Assembly (NCBI GenBank): GCA_042852035.1
Contig: BAAFHK010000003.1
Location: 90,001-122,000 of the forward strand
Source: Candidatus Saccharimonadota bacterium
Lineage (GTDB): Bacteria > Patescibacteriota > Gracilibacteria > BD1-5 > UBA2023
Direction of reading: 5' to 3'
DNA: 32,000 bases
Shown: piece after piece, positions 1 to 10,396 of the stretch
How positions within the stretch are numbered: the first letter of the stretch is position 1
How the letters are laid out: each line of letters opens with the position of its first letter
Translations under genes and position numbers: made by a program
The notes under the pieces: model-generated
The model's input: the letters and a program-made list of their open reading frames with translations, nothing else
What the model was told of the DNA's origin: nothing
The model's database searches: none

Positions 1-1
1 A

Positions 2-424
2 AAAAAACCAGGAAAAATTCTTGATACCCATGGAAAAATAATCGGAGAACATGAAGGCGCTTTTTCATATACGATTTGACAAAGAAAAGGAATCAAAGTA
101 TGAGGATGACCTGCACTTTTTGTTGTTGGAAAAAATATAAATGAGAATACTATTACCGTAGGAACTGAGGGTGATCTGAATCTCTACTCGAAAAATTGTA
201 TTTTGAGTGGGTGGGTGTGAACAAATATCACAAGTGATAGAATCTGTTCCGCAAAGATACGATATCGCCAAGAAGATCAAGCTTGTACAATACAAAATAC
301 TTGATCCTCTTGAGACTATAAGGAACTTCATTTTAACTCTCCGCAAAGAGCTATAACCCCCGGTCAAATTGCGGTTCTATATGATGATAGCTTAGTGATC
401 GGAAGTGGAATTATTATCGGGTAA
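2..424 (+). CDS. mnmA: tRNA-specific 2-thiouridylase MnmA, C-terminal part (5' end lies outside the window)
   Basis: Frame 2 read with TGA=Gly gives ...GKIIGEHEGAFSYTI[G]QRKGIKV[G]G[G]PALFVVGKN...SPQRAITPGQIAVLYDDSLVIGSGIIIG, ending at TAA 422-424. The YTIGQRKG motif is characteristic of MnmA and its Gly is the TGA at 77-79. There are six in-frame TGA codons. Confidence 0.8.
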
Positions 425-461
425 CTTGCAGATTTTTTTCTTCCAAAATACAATTTACTCT

Positions 462-1151
462 ATGTTTGGTCTACTTATTTCCATCATCACGTTTTATCAA
501 GGAATCTCACCAAAAATTGAAATAATCCGTGCTCCAAAAGCCCCCATAAATGGAGTATCAATTACATTCGATGATGGGCCACACCCCACCAATACTGATG
601 AAATTCTCGATATACTCAAAGAAAAAAAAGTACATGCAACCTTTTTTCTTATTGGACTTCATATTCGGCGGGATGAGAAAGCAATACTTAGAGAAGTACG
701 AGAATGACATACTATTTGAGGACATAGTTTCTCTCACCAAAACTTCTCAAAATTAAATTTGCCCCAAATGGCAAAAGAAGTATTACTTACCCATATCAAA
801 ATTGCCTCTCTTACAGGAAAAATTCCACAGTATTTTCGTTTTCCTTATGGGGTAGATGATGTACGTATACGGTATTTTTATAGTGGTAAAATAATTGGTT
901 GGAATGTGGATGCTTACGATTGGAAGGCAAAAAACCCAAAGCTTCTTGCCGAAAAAATAATCGCACAAACACGTACGGGGAGCATTATACTTCTTCATGA
1001 TATTAAGCCTGATACAGTGAAAGCACTTCCTTATATTATTGATGGAATTCGGGCAAAGCACCTAGAGTTCACCCCTCTTCCATCGTTAATAGCATCCATA
1101 GATGAATCAGATAAGAAGGCTATAATTTACTACTCAAAATATAAAACCTGA
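462..1151 (+). CDS. Polysaccharide deacetylase, NodB homology domain (peptidoglycan/chitooligosaccharide deacetylase family), with a hydrophobic N-terminus
   Basis: Track ORFs 405-707 and 759-1151 are in the same frame and join through TGA at 705 and 717: ...VSITFDDGPHP...LREVRE[G]HTI[G]GHSFSHQNF...FRFPYG...IILLHD. The TFDDGP and H-S-x-x-H NodB motifs are present. ATG 462 precedes MFGLLISIITFYQG. GTG 405 is an alternative start. Confidence 0.85.
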
Positions 1152-1248
1152 TCCCTTCATGATCATAAAAAATCAAGAAAAAATGAAGCTCCTTCAACAG
1201 AACAATTATTAAGCCCTCTTATAATCACAGAACTACAAAGTTGGTAAA

Positions 1249-2343
1249 TTATCTATTTCCATATTGGGAAGGCACTACTTTTTGTTTCGATTTTGATTCG
1301 AGATACCTCGAAAGCCTTCCTCACCATCAATAGTGCCAATATTCACCCATAAGGGGCTGGAACCCAGCTCATGTCATTACATGATAGAGCAACCTTCTTC
1401 ACTCGATTGATTGTAGATCTGTGGGGGATAGATACTTTCAAGAAGATAGGATTTCTTCACCATAGAGTAAAGACTTTGTTTTAGGAGAATTATCGCCAAG
1501 CGCAAGGTTTATTTTCTTTCCATCGAATCAGAGAAGGATAACATCTATAGCTCCTCATGTATGGTGATCACTCTTTCATTCGTCTGCATAAAGCCTGTTC
1601 GCATCAGTCCGTCAAAAGGTTCTTGCATGATTTTCTTTAATAACCCTCTGCTCAGCCATAGATCGATGCCCTGTCTCTACACCAATTGCATAACCAAGGG
1701 GTCTTAGTTTAGAATTTATCTCCTGAAGGGCTCAAGCAATTGATTCACGAACTCGAATATCCCCATTTTTCTCAAACACACTCCCAAGCGCTTGATTTCC
1801 AACATAAAGAGATAATGCTCGACGTACTCATTCTAAAGAATGAAAGTCCAATTCTTTTTGCATGGAATATCCAAGTTTTCACAACTCCTCTGAAATAACC
1901 TCCTTCTGCCTCGCTGGGGAAAGCAACTGAAAAACATCTTTTAATAAATTAAACGTATCAGGCTGGAAAGTATTGATTCCGGTTCATACTCTCAAAATGA
2001 GTCATTCAATTTTTTGAGCCATTACAATCTTCTCAAAGTCAACTTGAGAATATCAGTAATATACATCCTGTGACACAACTCAATACTTCGACAAAAGCAC
2101 AAGTGGTTCATTTGACTCCATCTCTGGATGTCTATAGTAATCTCGATAGCCATCAAATAAAGACTGATTTACATCAATCTTTTTTTTCTTCAAAGCTTCA
2201 ATAGTTTCAGGCGATAAAGTATCGAGGAAGGCTTTTCTTTGGAGTTCCCATTGAAAAATCCTAAGCGCAGGAAATGCCTCACTGTAAACTCATTCGAGTT
2301 GCTCGATAGACCTTCCTATGGTTTCTAAATCAAGACGAGACAT
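1249..2343 (-). CDS. M15-family zinc metallopeptidase, VanX/DdpX-like D-Ala-D-Ala dipeptidase fold, with an N-terminal extension of about 190 aa
   Basis: No track ORF exists here because the frame carries about 20 TGA codons. Hand translation from ATG (2343) to TAA (1249) gives 364 aa with ...[G]KSDHHT[G]GAIDVILL[G]FDGKK...RRLLYHVMT[G]AGFQPLMGEYWHY[G]W[G]. This matches the S-x-H-x-x-G-x-A-x-D and E-x-W-H signatures of LAS/M15 peptidases. The length is divisible by 3. Confidence 0.6.
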
Positions 2344-2388
2344 AAAAAAATTTTGGTATATGCTACCATAATTTTTCTTTGCTTGCAA

Positions 2389-2988
2389 TTAGAAAAGTCG
2401 CATAAGATTGGTTGTTTCTGGTTCTATAACTTTCCTATCAAGAAGTTCAACGAGGCATCTCATAGTAGCCTCTACGTCAACCATAGCGTCGTGGGCTCAT
2501 TCAAACCATTCTCCAAAAAGGTGTTTATATAATTCTGAGAGTTTTGGTGGTTTATAAGAAAATCATCGTCCTTGGAGTTTACAATAATCTGTGGATCATC
2601 TCATGGTACAAATAGTGCTTTGAGGAACGTACTCCCCCCTTCGTCCGAGTCTTTCAAGTTCATAAGAAAGGATTTCTTCATCATACTCAATATTATGTCA
2701 TGAAAGTATTTCTGCACGATTCAGAACTCGAATTATTTCATCAATATGATTTCTTATTGGATTTTTATCAGCAACATCCTTATCGTAAATTCAATGAACC
2801 TGCGACGCTCAAAAAGGTATAGAAACTGGTGGCTTCATAAGAAAATTATGTCTCGCAAGCTCTCTAAATTGACCTTCGATATACTCCCCCTCGAGTGCCG
2901 CAAATTGAATAATGTATGGCTGTTGAGAAAGGTCTCAGCCTCGAGTTGCGAATCCTGTAGTTTCCGTGTCCCAAACAGTTATTTTCAT
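2389..2988 (-). CDS. DEDD-family 3'-5' exonuclease (DnaQ / DNA polymerase III epsilon-like)
   Basis: Hand translation with TGA=Gly gives MKITVWDTETTGF (Exo I), ...AEILS[G]HNIEYDEEIL (Exo II) and ...FE[G]AHDAMVDVEAT (Exo III). It is 199 aa, running from ATG 2988 to TAA 2389. Confidence 0.8.
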
Positions 2989-3102
2989 TGAGTAAAAGAA
3001 TTATTTCTAAAAATGTCACTCCCCGCATAGCAGGAATCTTACACTTATTCAAGTAAGACTCCGTGACAGGCACGGAATGACAAAAGAATTATTGAGAGCT
3101 TT

Positions 3103-4419
3103 TTAGTAGAATTTCTTGTAATCAAAGCTCTTCATATCAGTGTCTATACGACGAATAATATCAAGGATAACTCAAACAACGATGATTAGACCTGATCCAG
3201 ATATGAGAAAGTCAATTTGACTTGTCCCGGTTGGAAAAATAGCAAATTGGTTGTTAAGCTTAGTAATAACGTAAGGAAATATAGCGATAAGAGCTAGAAA
3301 TCATCCTCCAAAAAGATTTAAATGATCTGAAACTTTCTGAAGAAAGTTTGCCGTCTCCTTTCCTGGGCGAACTCCTGGAATATATCATCCTCTTTTTTGT
3401 ACGCTTTCAGCAACTTCAGTGGTATTAAATGTGATTGAAGTGTAAAAAAATGAGAATCCAAGAACTAAAAGTCAGTAAACTAAAATATATGTCCAGCTTG
3501 GATTTTGGAGAGAGAGATGTGTAACAAGCCAGTCACCTACAGTTTGTGACATTCCTGTACCTCTACGTTGCATAATTTGCCCAATTAATGACGGAAAGGT
3601 AATAAGCGATACGGCGAAAATAATTGGCACCATTCAAGCCTGATTTACTCGGATAGGAAAATATGAACGCTCATCTCGACCAGTACGTGTATAAATAAGA
3701 GGAATTTTTCTATACCCTTCTGTGAATTTGACTATAACATAAACTACAGCAACAGTGAGAATCGCAAGAATAAAAAGCAGTGAATAGCTTTGAGTTGCTA
3801 AATAGCCAAGAATATGCTGAGGAACTCCTGCAAGAACTCAAGCAAAGATTATGATTGATGTACCGTTACCTATTCCAGACTCAGTAATAAGATCACCCAG
3901 CCAGAGAAGAATCATTGTTCCTGCCGTAATGAAAATCATTGCTGGAAGGACTACTCCTGTAAAATTTTTCGTATCAATAATATCAACCCCACTTCCTGTT
4001 CCAATAACACTATTAAGAAGGTAAATCATTCCATAGCTTTGTGCAAGAGCTAATGGAACCGTAAGGTAACGTGTATAATTATTCAGCTTCTTCTGCCCCT
4101 GCTCACCCTCCTTCTTAAGTGACTCAAGTGAGGGGATAATTACAGCAAGGAGTTGAATAATAATTGTAGCATTGATGTATGGGGCAAGTCCCATAAGAAT
4201 TATTGAGAACTGCTCAAGACCACCTCACATAAGTGAACCAAAGAAAGACAGCTGAGAATTCAAACGAAGCTGAGTCGTAAAATTATCAAGAAGTGTTACA
4301 TTAACCCCTGGAACAGGAATTGTTGCCATAATTTTATATACTATGACAATTGCAAGGGTAAAAAGTATTTTTTTTCTTATATGTTCAGTAGCCCAGACTT
4401 TCTTAAGATGAGGTATCAT
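3103..4419 (-). CDS. secY: Preprotein translocase subunit SecY
   Basis: Track ORFs 3838-4194 and 4225-4470 are in the same frame and continue through several TGA codons to TAA 3103. The N-terminus is MIPHLKKVWATEHIRKKILFTLAIV...ATIPVPGVN and the C-terminus is ...ISGSGLIIVV[G]VILDIIRRIDTDM. It is 438 aa and sits in the conserved position after rplO. Confidence 0.92.
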
Positions 4420-4442
4420 AGGATATATATTAAATCTCGCGT

Positions 4443-4470
4443 AGTATAGAGAAAAAATAAAAAAACGCAA
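4443..4470 (-). promoter_or_regulatory. Candidate sigma-70-type promoter for secY (TTGCGT-16 nt-TATACT on the minus strand)
   Basis: The minus strand reads ...cTTGCGTttttttattttttctcTATACTacgcgag..., about 25 nt upstream of the secY ATG and downstream of the rplO terminator. Confidence 0.3.
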
Positions 4471-4517
4471 AGAATTGTAGTAAAATTTGACGGAAAGTAA
4501 TTCTCTTTAATATTAAT

Positions 4518-4544
4518 AAAAATCCTCATATAATGAGGATTTTT
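4518..4544 (-). terminator. Rho-independent terminator immediately after rplO
   Basis: The minus-strand RNA is AAAAAUCCUCAU-UAUA-UGAGGAUUUUU followed by AUUAAUAUU. The perfect inverted repeat begins 5 nt after the rplO stop. Confidence 0.6.
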
Positions 4545-4548
4545 ATAT

Positions 4549-4998
4549 TTATACATTTGCTGTACCACCTGCCTTTTCGATTGCTGACTTTGCTGAAGAT
4601 GAGTAAGCATCAGCAGTTACCTCAATCTTTGCAGTAAGAGAACCAGCCCCAAGAACCTTAAGAAGCATTCCCTTTTTTCGAATAATTCTTTTTTCAAAAA
4701 GTACTGCGTAATCGATTGTTGTAGCACCTGAATCAGCTAACTTCTGTAGATCAGAGAGATTAACTGTTACATACTCCTTTGGAGCATATGCAGTAAAACC
4801 ACGCTTCTTTGGAGTACGTCTAAAGAGTGGGGTCTGTCCTCCTTCGAAGGTTGCATAACGCTTACGGCCTGTACGAGAGTTTTGACCATTCATACCACGA
4901 CCAGAGGTACCACCGATTCCTGAGCTCACTCAACGAGCAACTCGAGTTTTTCGAGTTTGAGAACCTGGTGTTGGTTTTATACTTGAGAGATTTGTCAT
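4549..4998 (-). CDS. rplO: 50S ribosomal protein L15
   Basis: Track ORF 4549-4929 extends upstream through one TGA: MTNLSSIKPTPGSQTRKTRVAR[G]VSSGIGGTSGRGMNGQNSR... This is the typical L15 N-terminus and the gene is in its conserved position. Confidence 0.92.
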
Positions 4999-5016
4999 AA
5001 AGAGAGATTTAGAGGA

Positions 5017-5745
5017 TTATTCTGCTTTTTTCTTAGCTGGAGCTTTTTTTACTGATTTTTCTGACTTTGCTTCAGTTTCAGTCTTTTCTGCACTATTCTT
5101 TTTAGAGGCAAATGAAACATTCATACTTAATGGCTTTAGTGCCTTGAGTGCCTTGAGAGCTACACGTGCATTGGTAATCATATTTGGAGCTCAATGTTGC
5201 TTTGCGATTACATCTTTAATACCAGAAACTGCAAATATTTTACGAACAGCGCCTCATGCAATTATACCAGTACCAGGATGAGCTGGATGAATATAGAGTG
5301 CTGAAGACTTAAAATTCACTGCAACATCGTGTGGGATAGTACCATTAATAATAGGGAAGGTAATAAGATTCTTCTTAGCATCTCGTATTGCCTTTTCTAC
5401 AGCCGATTGAACTTCACCTGCCTTTCCAGTTCCAAGTCCTATACGACCCTTTCCATCACCAACAACAACCGAAGCACGAAATCGAATTTGTCGACCTCAG
5501 GCTGTTACACGAGTAACGCGATCAACCGAGAGCATTTCCTCTTGAAATTCCTTCTCTTCTTCTCTCATACCATCACGACGAGGTCCTCGTTTGTCGCCTC
5601 GAGGTGGACGTCCACCCTCACGACCACGACCATTATTTCGTGCACTGTTATTACCAGTAGCTCCTGCTTGAGCTGGATTATCTTGGCTTGATCCTTCTAC
5701 TGAAGTAGAAGTCTCTTCGATTTGAGTGTTCTCTGTTTCTGACAT
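5017..5745 (-). CDS. rpsE: 30S ribosomal protein S5, with an Arg/Gly-rich N-terminal extension and a Lys/Ala/Glu-rich C-terminal extension
   Basis: Track ORF 5497-5763 continues through three TGA codons: ...LSVDRVTRVTA[G]GRQIRFRASVVVGDGKGRIGLGTGKA...HPGTGIIA[G]GAVRKIF...AKQH[G]APN...KKAPAKKKAE, ending at TAA 5017. All three TGA codons fall on Gly positions conserved in S5 (GGR, AGG, YGS). I chose the start at MSETEN (5745). ATG 5763 is an alternative start. Confidence 0.9.
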
Positions 5746-5765
5746 AGAAAAAATTATAAACAAAA

Positions 5766-6107
5766 TTAGAATTGAAGTCCTCCTTCACGAGCCCCTTCGG
5801 CAAGAGCCTTAACTCTTCCATGATAAAGGTATCCTCCGCGATCAAAAACGCAGGTCTTAACCCCCTTTTCTATAAGAGCTTTTGCAATAGATTCACCTAC
5901 TTCTTTTGCTCGTTCACTTTTAGTTCCTGACTTTACATTCATGTCATGCGCTGAAAGAAGAGTCTTTCCTGACTCATCGTCAATAGCTTGAACAGAGATA
6001 TGTGTATTACTTCGGAATACTGAGAGACGAGGCTTTTCTGCAGTTCCAATGATTCGTGCACGAACACGGTTTGCACGATTGAGTCTATTTTGTACTTTCT
6101 TAAGCAT
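5766..6107 (-). CDS. rplR: 50S ribosomal protein L18
   Basis: The intact 113-aa ORF reads ...[29 protein letters not shown]...[25 protein letters not shown], a typical L18 sequence in its conserved position. Confidence 0.93.
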   Translation of the reverse strand: MLKKVQNRLNRANRVRARIIGTAEKPRLSVFRSNTHISVQAIDDESGKTLLSAHDMNVKSGTKSERAKEVGESIAKALIEKGVKTCVFDRGGYLYHGRVKALAEGAREGGLQF

Positions 6108-6137
6108 AAGAGAAATGTAAAAGGAGTTTTTAGATTA

Positions 6138-6689
6138 TTATTTACCTGCGGTCTTACCAGCCTTTCTTCGTACATATTCACCAACATATCTGATACCCTT
6201 ACCCTTATATGGCTCAGGCTTCTTGAGGGATCTTACATAAGCTGCAAAATAACCAAGAAGTTGTTTATCATGAGACTTGATATGAATTTTATTTTTATCA
6301 TCTTTATCTGGCTCTATTGCAATACCTTCTGGTGCATCAACGTTTACTTTATGGGAAAATCCGAGTGCAAGTTCAAGTTTTCTTGGTCCTTTAACATCAA
6401 ATTTATACCCAACTCACTGTATTTCAAGTGACTTAGAATACCCTTCTGAAACACCTACTGCCATATTTTGAAGCATAGCACGAGTGAGACCCCAGTAGGC
6501 TCGCTGTTGTTTATCTTCAGCGTTATCTACTGTAACAATAAGAACATCTTCTTCTTGCTTTACCTGAACTCCAGGAAGGATATTAAAACTTAATGCGCCC
6601 TTTGAGCCCTTAAGGTTAACATGACTAGCCGTAATTTCTGCAGTAACACCGCTTGGGAGTTTTACAGGTTGTTTACCAATTCGAGACAT
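6138..6689 (-). CDS. rplF: 50S ribosomal protein L6
   Basis: Track ORF 6414-6689 (MSRIGKQPVKLPSGV...) continues through one TGA: ...SLEIQ[G]VGYKFDVKG...KPEPYKGKGIRYVGEYVRRKAGKTAGK, ending at TAA 6138. Confidence 0.92.
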
Positions 6690-6733
6690 AAAATAAAATT
6701 AATAATTGTAATCAAAAGTGGAATATCAGAATA

Positions 6734-7120
6734 CTAGAATACTTCACAAAGAAGCTCTCCACCAACTCCGAGAGTATGTGCTTCATACCCAGTTACGATT
6801 CCCTTTGGAGTAGAGAGAATAAAAATTCCGACTCCATTTCTTGATTTCTTAATATCACCAGTTTTTACGTAGATTCTCTGTCCAGGTCGAGAGATGCGAC
6901 GGAAAGATGGAACATACTTCGTTTTGCGAACATCTTGGAGAGTGATAATAAAATTTCTTTTATCTTCGGAAACAGCGTATTCTACAATATAGCCATTCTT
7001 CTTTAGAATACGAAGAATTTCTGCTTTAATCTTTGAATATGGAGCCTCTATCGTCGCAAGACGAGAAAGATAACCGTTTCTAATACGAGTGAGAAGATCT
7101 GCTATTGGATCGTGAGTCAT
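6734..7120 (-). CDS. rpsH: 30S ribosomal protein S8
   Basis: The intact 128-aa ORF reads MTHDPIADLLTRIRNG...GVGGELLCEVF, a typical S8 sequence. Confidence 0.95.
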   Translation of the reverse strand: MTHDPIADLLTRIRNGYLSRLATIEAPYSKIKAEILRILKKNGYIVEYAVSEDKRNFIITLQDVRKTKYVPSFRRISRPGQRIYVKTGDIKKSRNGVGIFILSTPKGIVTGYEAHTLGVGGELLCEVF

Positions 7121-7175
7121 ATAATGATTTTATAGATTATATAGTTGAGAGAATCGAGTAAACACTCGCTAAAAA

Positions 7176-7400
7176 TTACCAGCTTGATTTTCTTACGCCC
7201 ATAAGCTCACCAGCGTTTGCTTTTTCACGAATACAGATACGACAAAGATCAAACTTTCCCATGTAACCGTATGAACGGCCACAATGTGAACAACGATGGT
7301 AAAGTCGTGTAGAAAACTTTGGTTTCTTTCCGTTTGCGTGAGCACGAGCAGCTTTTGCTTGTGCGCGAGAACATTTTACGACGATTGCAGTACGAGCCAT
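7176..7400 (-). CDS. rpsN: 30S ribosomal protein S14, zinc-binding (type Z-like)
   Basis: The 74-aa ORF carries C-x2-C...C-x2-C ([20 protein letters not shown]) and ends in RKSSW. It lies in the conserved position between rplE and rpsH. Confidence 0.9.
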   Translation of the reverse strand: MARTAIVVKCSRAQAKAARAHANGKKPKFSTRLYHRCSHCGRSYGYMGKFDLCRICIREKANAGELMGVRKSSW

Positions 7401-7427
7401 AAAGGATAAATGAAGAATTACGAGAAA

Positions 7428-7973
7428 TTACTTAGTGAATGGGAATCCAAGCTTATCAAGGAGAGCCCGAGAATGAGCAGCGCTTTCAGTTTTAAATTTT
7501 ACAGTTACTTGGAGTCAATGTGGCTTTACCACATCAAGTTGTGGAACTTCTGGGAAGATAGTATGCTCTTTAATACCAAAATTAAAGTTTCCTGCCTTAT
7601 CAAACCCGCGTCCAGATACTCAACGAAAATCACGTACGCGAGGAAGAACGATAGCAATAAGTTTTTCAAGAAAAGCATACATTCTTTCTCAACGGAGAGT
7701 TACCATCATACCAACTGGCATTCCCTTTCGGAGTTTAAAATTTGAGATAGCAAGACGAGAATGATTGATGCGAGGAAGCTGTCCAGCAATAAGTGCAAGA
7801 TCACTTTTAAGACTTGAGAAATCCTTGTTCCCAGCAGCAACATAGCTTCCTATACCCATATTGAGAACAATCTTCTCAATGCGTGGGATTTGCATTGGGT
7901 TTTCTATTCCGAGCTCCTTTGCGAGTTCTGGAAGAATTTTTTGAGTGTAGTTTTCTTTAAATGACTTTGACAT
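7428..7973 (-). CDS. rplE: 50S ribosomal protein L5
   Basis: Track ORF 7689-7973 continues through three TGA codons: ...GMPVGMMVTLR[G]ERMYAFLEKLIAIVLPRVRDFR[G]VSGRGFDKAGNFNFGIKEH...KPH[G]LQVTVKF..., ending at TAA 7428. Confidence 0.92.
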
Positions 7974-8018
7974 ATATAATTGGACGAACCGTTAGAAGTA
8001 AAAGGGTTCTTAGTAGGA

Positions 8019-8321
8019 TTAAAGAGTGGTACCTGACTTTTTTGCAACTCGAACCTTTTTCCCATCTTTAGTGAGATAACCGATACGGGTTGGCTTTCCA
8101 TCTTTTGGATCAACCAGCATAACGTTTGATGCGTCAATAGGTTTTTCGAAAGTAACTTTTTGTCATGGAGTAGTACCTTGTCGTTTCATATGACGAGTAA
8201 CAAGATTTACTCCCTCAATAAGGACTTTATTATCATCAGTATATACACGAGTGACCGTACCTGTCTTTCATTTATCTTTTCAGGCGATTACGATAACTTT
8301 ATCTTTAGTGTGAATTTTCAT
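8019..8321 (-). CDS. rplX: 50S ribosomal protein L24
   Basis: This gene is absent from the ORF track because it contains three TGA codons. Hand translation gives [13 protein letters not shown][G]KDK[G]KTGTVTRVY...RQGTTP[G][29 protein letters not shown]... The KOW motif G-K-D-K-G-K uses TGA for both glycines. Confidence 0.9.
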
Positions 8322-8367
8322 AAACAGAGAGTTAAAAGTTTTTTATATTCAAATTTCGAATGGGATA

Positions 8368-8736
8368 CTAGACAACTTCAGGAGCAAGAGAGATAATCTT
8401 TTGGTACCCGCGAGCCTTGAGCTCTCGGAATACTGGCCCAAATATACGAGTCCCCTTTGGTTCGAGCTTATCATCAATAATAACACAAGCGTTATCATCT
8501 GAGCGTACGTAAGAACCATCATCACGACGAATTTCTTTTGCTGTACGAACAATTACCGCTTTACAGACCGCCTTCTTCTTAATGTTTCCATTTGGAAGAG
8601 CCTTCTTTACTGAAACAACGATAATGTCACCAACGCTTGCATAACGGCGCTTTGATCCTTTCAAAACTTTAATACAGAGAACTTCTTTTGCTCCAGTATT
8701 ATCTACGACGACGAGTCTTGATTCTGTTTGTATCAT
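8368..8736 (-). CDS. rplN: 50S ribosomal protein L14
   Basis: The intact 122-aa ORF reads [28 protein letters not shown]...[23 protein letters not shown]. Confidence 0.95.
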   Translation of the reverse strand: MIQTESRLVVVDNTGAKEVLCIKVLKGSKRRYASVGDIIVVSVKKALPNGNIKKKAVCKAVIVRTAKEIRRDDGSYVRSDDNACVIIDDKLEPKGTRIFGPVFRELKARGYQKIISLAPEVV

Positions 8737-8774
8737 AATGAAAATTTTAATTGTGAATTGGAGGAGGAGAAAAA

Positions 8775-9023
8775 TTATTCAGCAGTTCCACTCTTAATAG
8801 AATCTTCTACAAGAGTCCATCTCTTAAGACGAGAAAGTGGACGAGTCTCAGAAATAGTGACAGTGTCTCCAACTTTTGCGACACCATTTTCATCGTGTGC
8901 ATAAAATTTTCATGAAGACTTATATCTCTTCTGATATTTTGGGTGCGTTTTGTACGTATCGACGGTAACAACGATAGTCTTCTGCATTTTTGTACTGGTA
9001 ACGACACCGGTCTTAGTACGCAT
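8775..9023 (-). CDS. rpsQ: 30S ribosomal protein S17
   Basis: Hand translation gives [37 protein letters not shown][G][35 protein letters not shown]... Track ORF 8807-9007 is in a different, spurious frame. Confidence 0.9.
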
Positions 9024-9041
9024 AGGGGAATTTTTTAGGAA

Positions 9042-9251
9042 TTAGACAGAAAGTGAATTAAGAGCTGTGGAGAGTTGAGCAACAGTGCGTCTTGCCTTAC
9101 GAATAAGGTGAGGCTGTTTAAGTTCTCCAAGAGAGTGTTTCATTGAAAGAGTAAAAAGCTCTTTTTGAGTCGAACGAATTTCATTCATGAGTTCAGTTCT
9201 ATCAAGAGACTTTATGTCTTTCTTCTCTGTTGATTTTTTCGCTTTAGCCAT
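9042..9251 (-). CDS. rpmC: 50S ribosomal protein L29
   Basis: The intact 69-aa helical ORF (...LDRTELMNEIRSTQKELFTLSMKHSLGELKQPHLIRKARRTVAQL) lies in the conserved position between rplP and rpsQ. Confidence 0.9.
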   Translation of the reverse strand: MAKAKKSTEKKDIKSLDRTELMNEIRSTQKELFTLSMKHSLGELKQPHLIRKARRTVAQLSTALNSLSV

Positions 9252-9277
9252 AAAAGTTTTAAATTAATAATGGAGGA

Positions 9278-9694
9278 TTAGATTTCATTTTTTGACATAA
9301 GAATCTTTGTCTTTACTGGAAGCTTATATGAAGCAAGAGTAAAAGCTTCCCGAGCAATTTCTGGTGATATATCTCCCATTTCGAAGATAATGCGACCAGG
9401 TTTTACCGGGGCTCTATACATCTCTACACCTCCCTTTCCACCTCCCATTGGGACTTCAAGAGCCTTCTTGGTGTATGGTTTATCTGGGAAAATACGTATC
9501 CAGAGCTGTCCTCACTTTTTAAGAAAGCGGACGATAGCCTTGCGGGCACTCTCGATTTGACGAGATGTTATATAACCAGATTCAGTTACTTTGAGAGCAT
9601 ACTCACCGAATGATACGGTAGATCCGCGAGTAGCAAGACCCTTAATCACTCAACGATGTGCTTTACGATATTTTGTTCTGCTCGGTTGTAGCAT
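9278..9694 (-). CDS. rplP: 50S ribosomal protein L16
   Basis: This gene is absent from the track. Hand translation gives [14 protein letters not shown][G][21 protein letters not shown]...FLKK[G][27 protein letters not shown]..., running from ATG 9694 to TAA 9278. Confidence 0.92.
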
Positions 9695-9739
9695 GAGATA
9701 GAACGTTAGGAGTATAAATAATTTTTTGAAAATGCAAGT

Positions 9740-10378
9740 TTATTTCTTGAACACGTCACCTTTGTAGATCCAGACCTTAAGACCGATAGTTCCAGCTGGA
9801 GTTTCAGCTCGTTCATAAGCAAAGTCAACATCAGCACGAATCGTTTGTGTTGGAATTGAACCATCCTTATATGTTTCTCGACGAGCGATTTCAGCTCCAT
9901 TGAGACGTCCACCGAGTTTTACCTTAATTCCGAGACCACCTTTTTCAATAGTTTTTGCGATAGCATTCTTGATTACTCTTCGATATGGCATCTTTTTTTC
10001 AATCTGGCGAGCAATAGAATCAGCAACGAGAGTAGCTGAGAGCTCAGGTTTCTTTACTTCTTTAACTTCAAGCTGAAACACATATCCAGGAAATCGTTTT
10101 ACAAGATTTTCTTTAAGTGCATTTACATTTTCGTCATTCGTACCGAGTATAACTGCAGGACGAGAAGTTGAAATAGTAATAGAAACGGTACTGTTTCCTG
10201 TATGCCCTATAAAAATATTGGCAACTGGAAGGTTCTTGAAGTGCTTCGTTACGAGAGTTCTGATAGCAACATCTTGAGCAGTATGTTCTGCGTAGTTCTT
10301 CCGATCATAGTAACCGGTAGTACGCCAAGTCTTAATGTATCAGATTCGAAATGCAAGAGGTGAAACTTTGTGTCACAT
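9740..10378 (-). CDS. rpsC: 30S ribosomal protein S3
   Basis: Track ORF 9740-10081 is the C-terminal half. The N-terminus reads M[G]HKVSPLAFRI[G]YIKTWRTT..., so codon 2 (10373-10375) is a TGA at the invariant Gly of the MGQK start of S3. Confidence 0.92.
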
Positions 10379-10396
10379 AGGGTGATAGAAGAAGAA

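Noticed and set aside
3061-3075. The hairpin CCGTGacaggCACGG downstream of secY as a terminator.
   Set aside because: The stem is only 5 bp and no U-tract follows on the minus-strand transcript, so the support is too weak to annotate it.
5329-5691. Antisense and overlapping track ORFs: 65-367(-), 5329-5691(+), 6090-6431(+), 7410-7745(+), 11595-11936(+), 12305-12996(+), 12993-13301(+), 13993-14550(-), 15119-15524(-), 15642-16121(-), 19092-19670(+), 23097-23490(-), 24516-24911(-), 25057-25646(-), 26011-26726(-) and 30451-30774(-).
   Set aside because: Each lies opposite to, or out of frame with, a gene that has clear family signatures. Their sequences are low-complexity or codon-mirror artefacts, with no recognisable motifs.
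8807-9007. Track ORF (66 aa, minus strand) at the S17 position.
   Set aside because: It is in the wrong reading frame. The S17 sequence ([10 protein letters not shown]...) is in another frame spanning 8775-9023 with one TGA.
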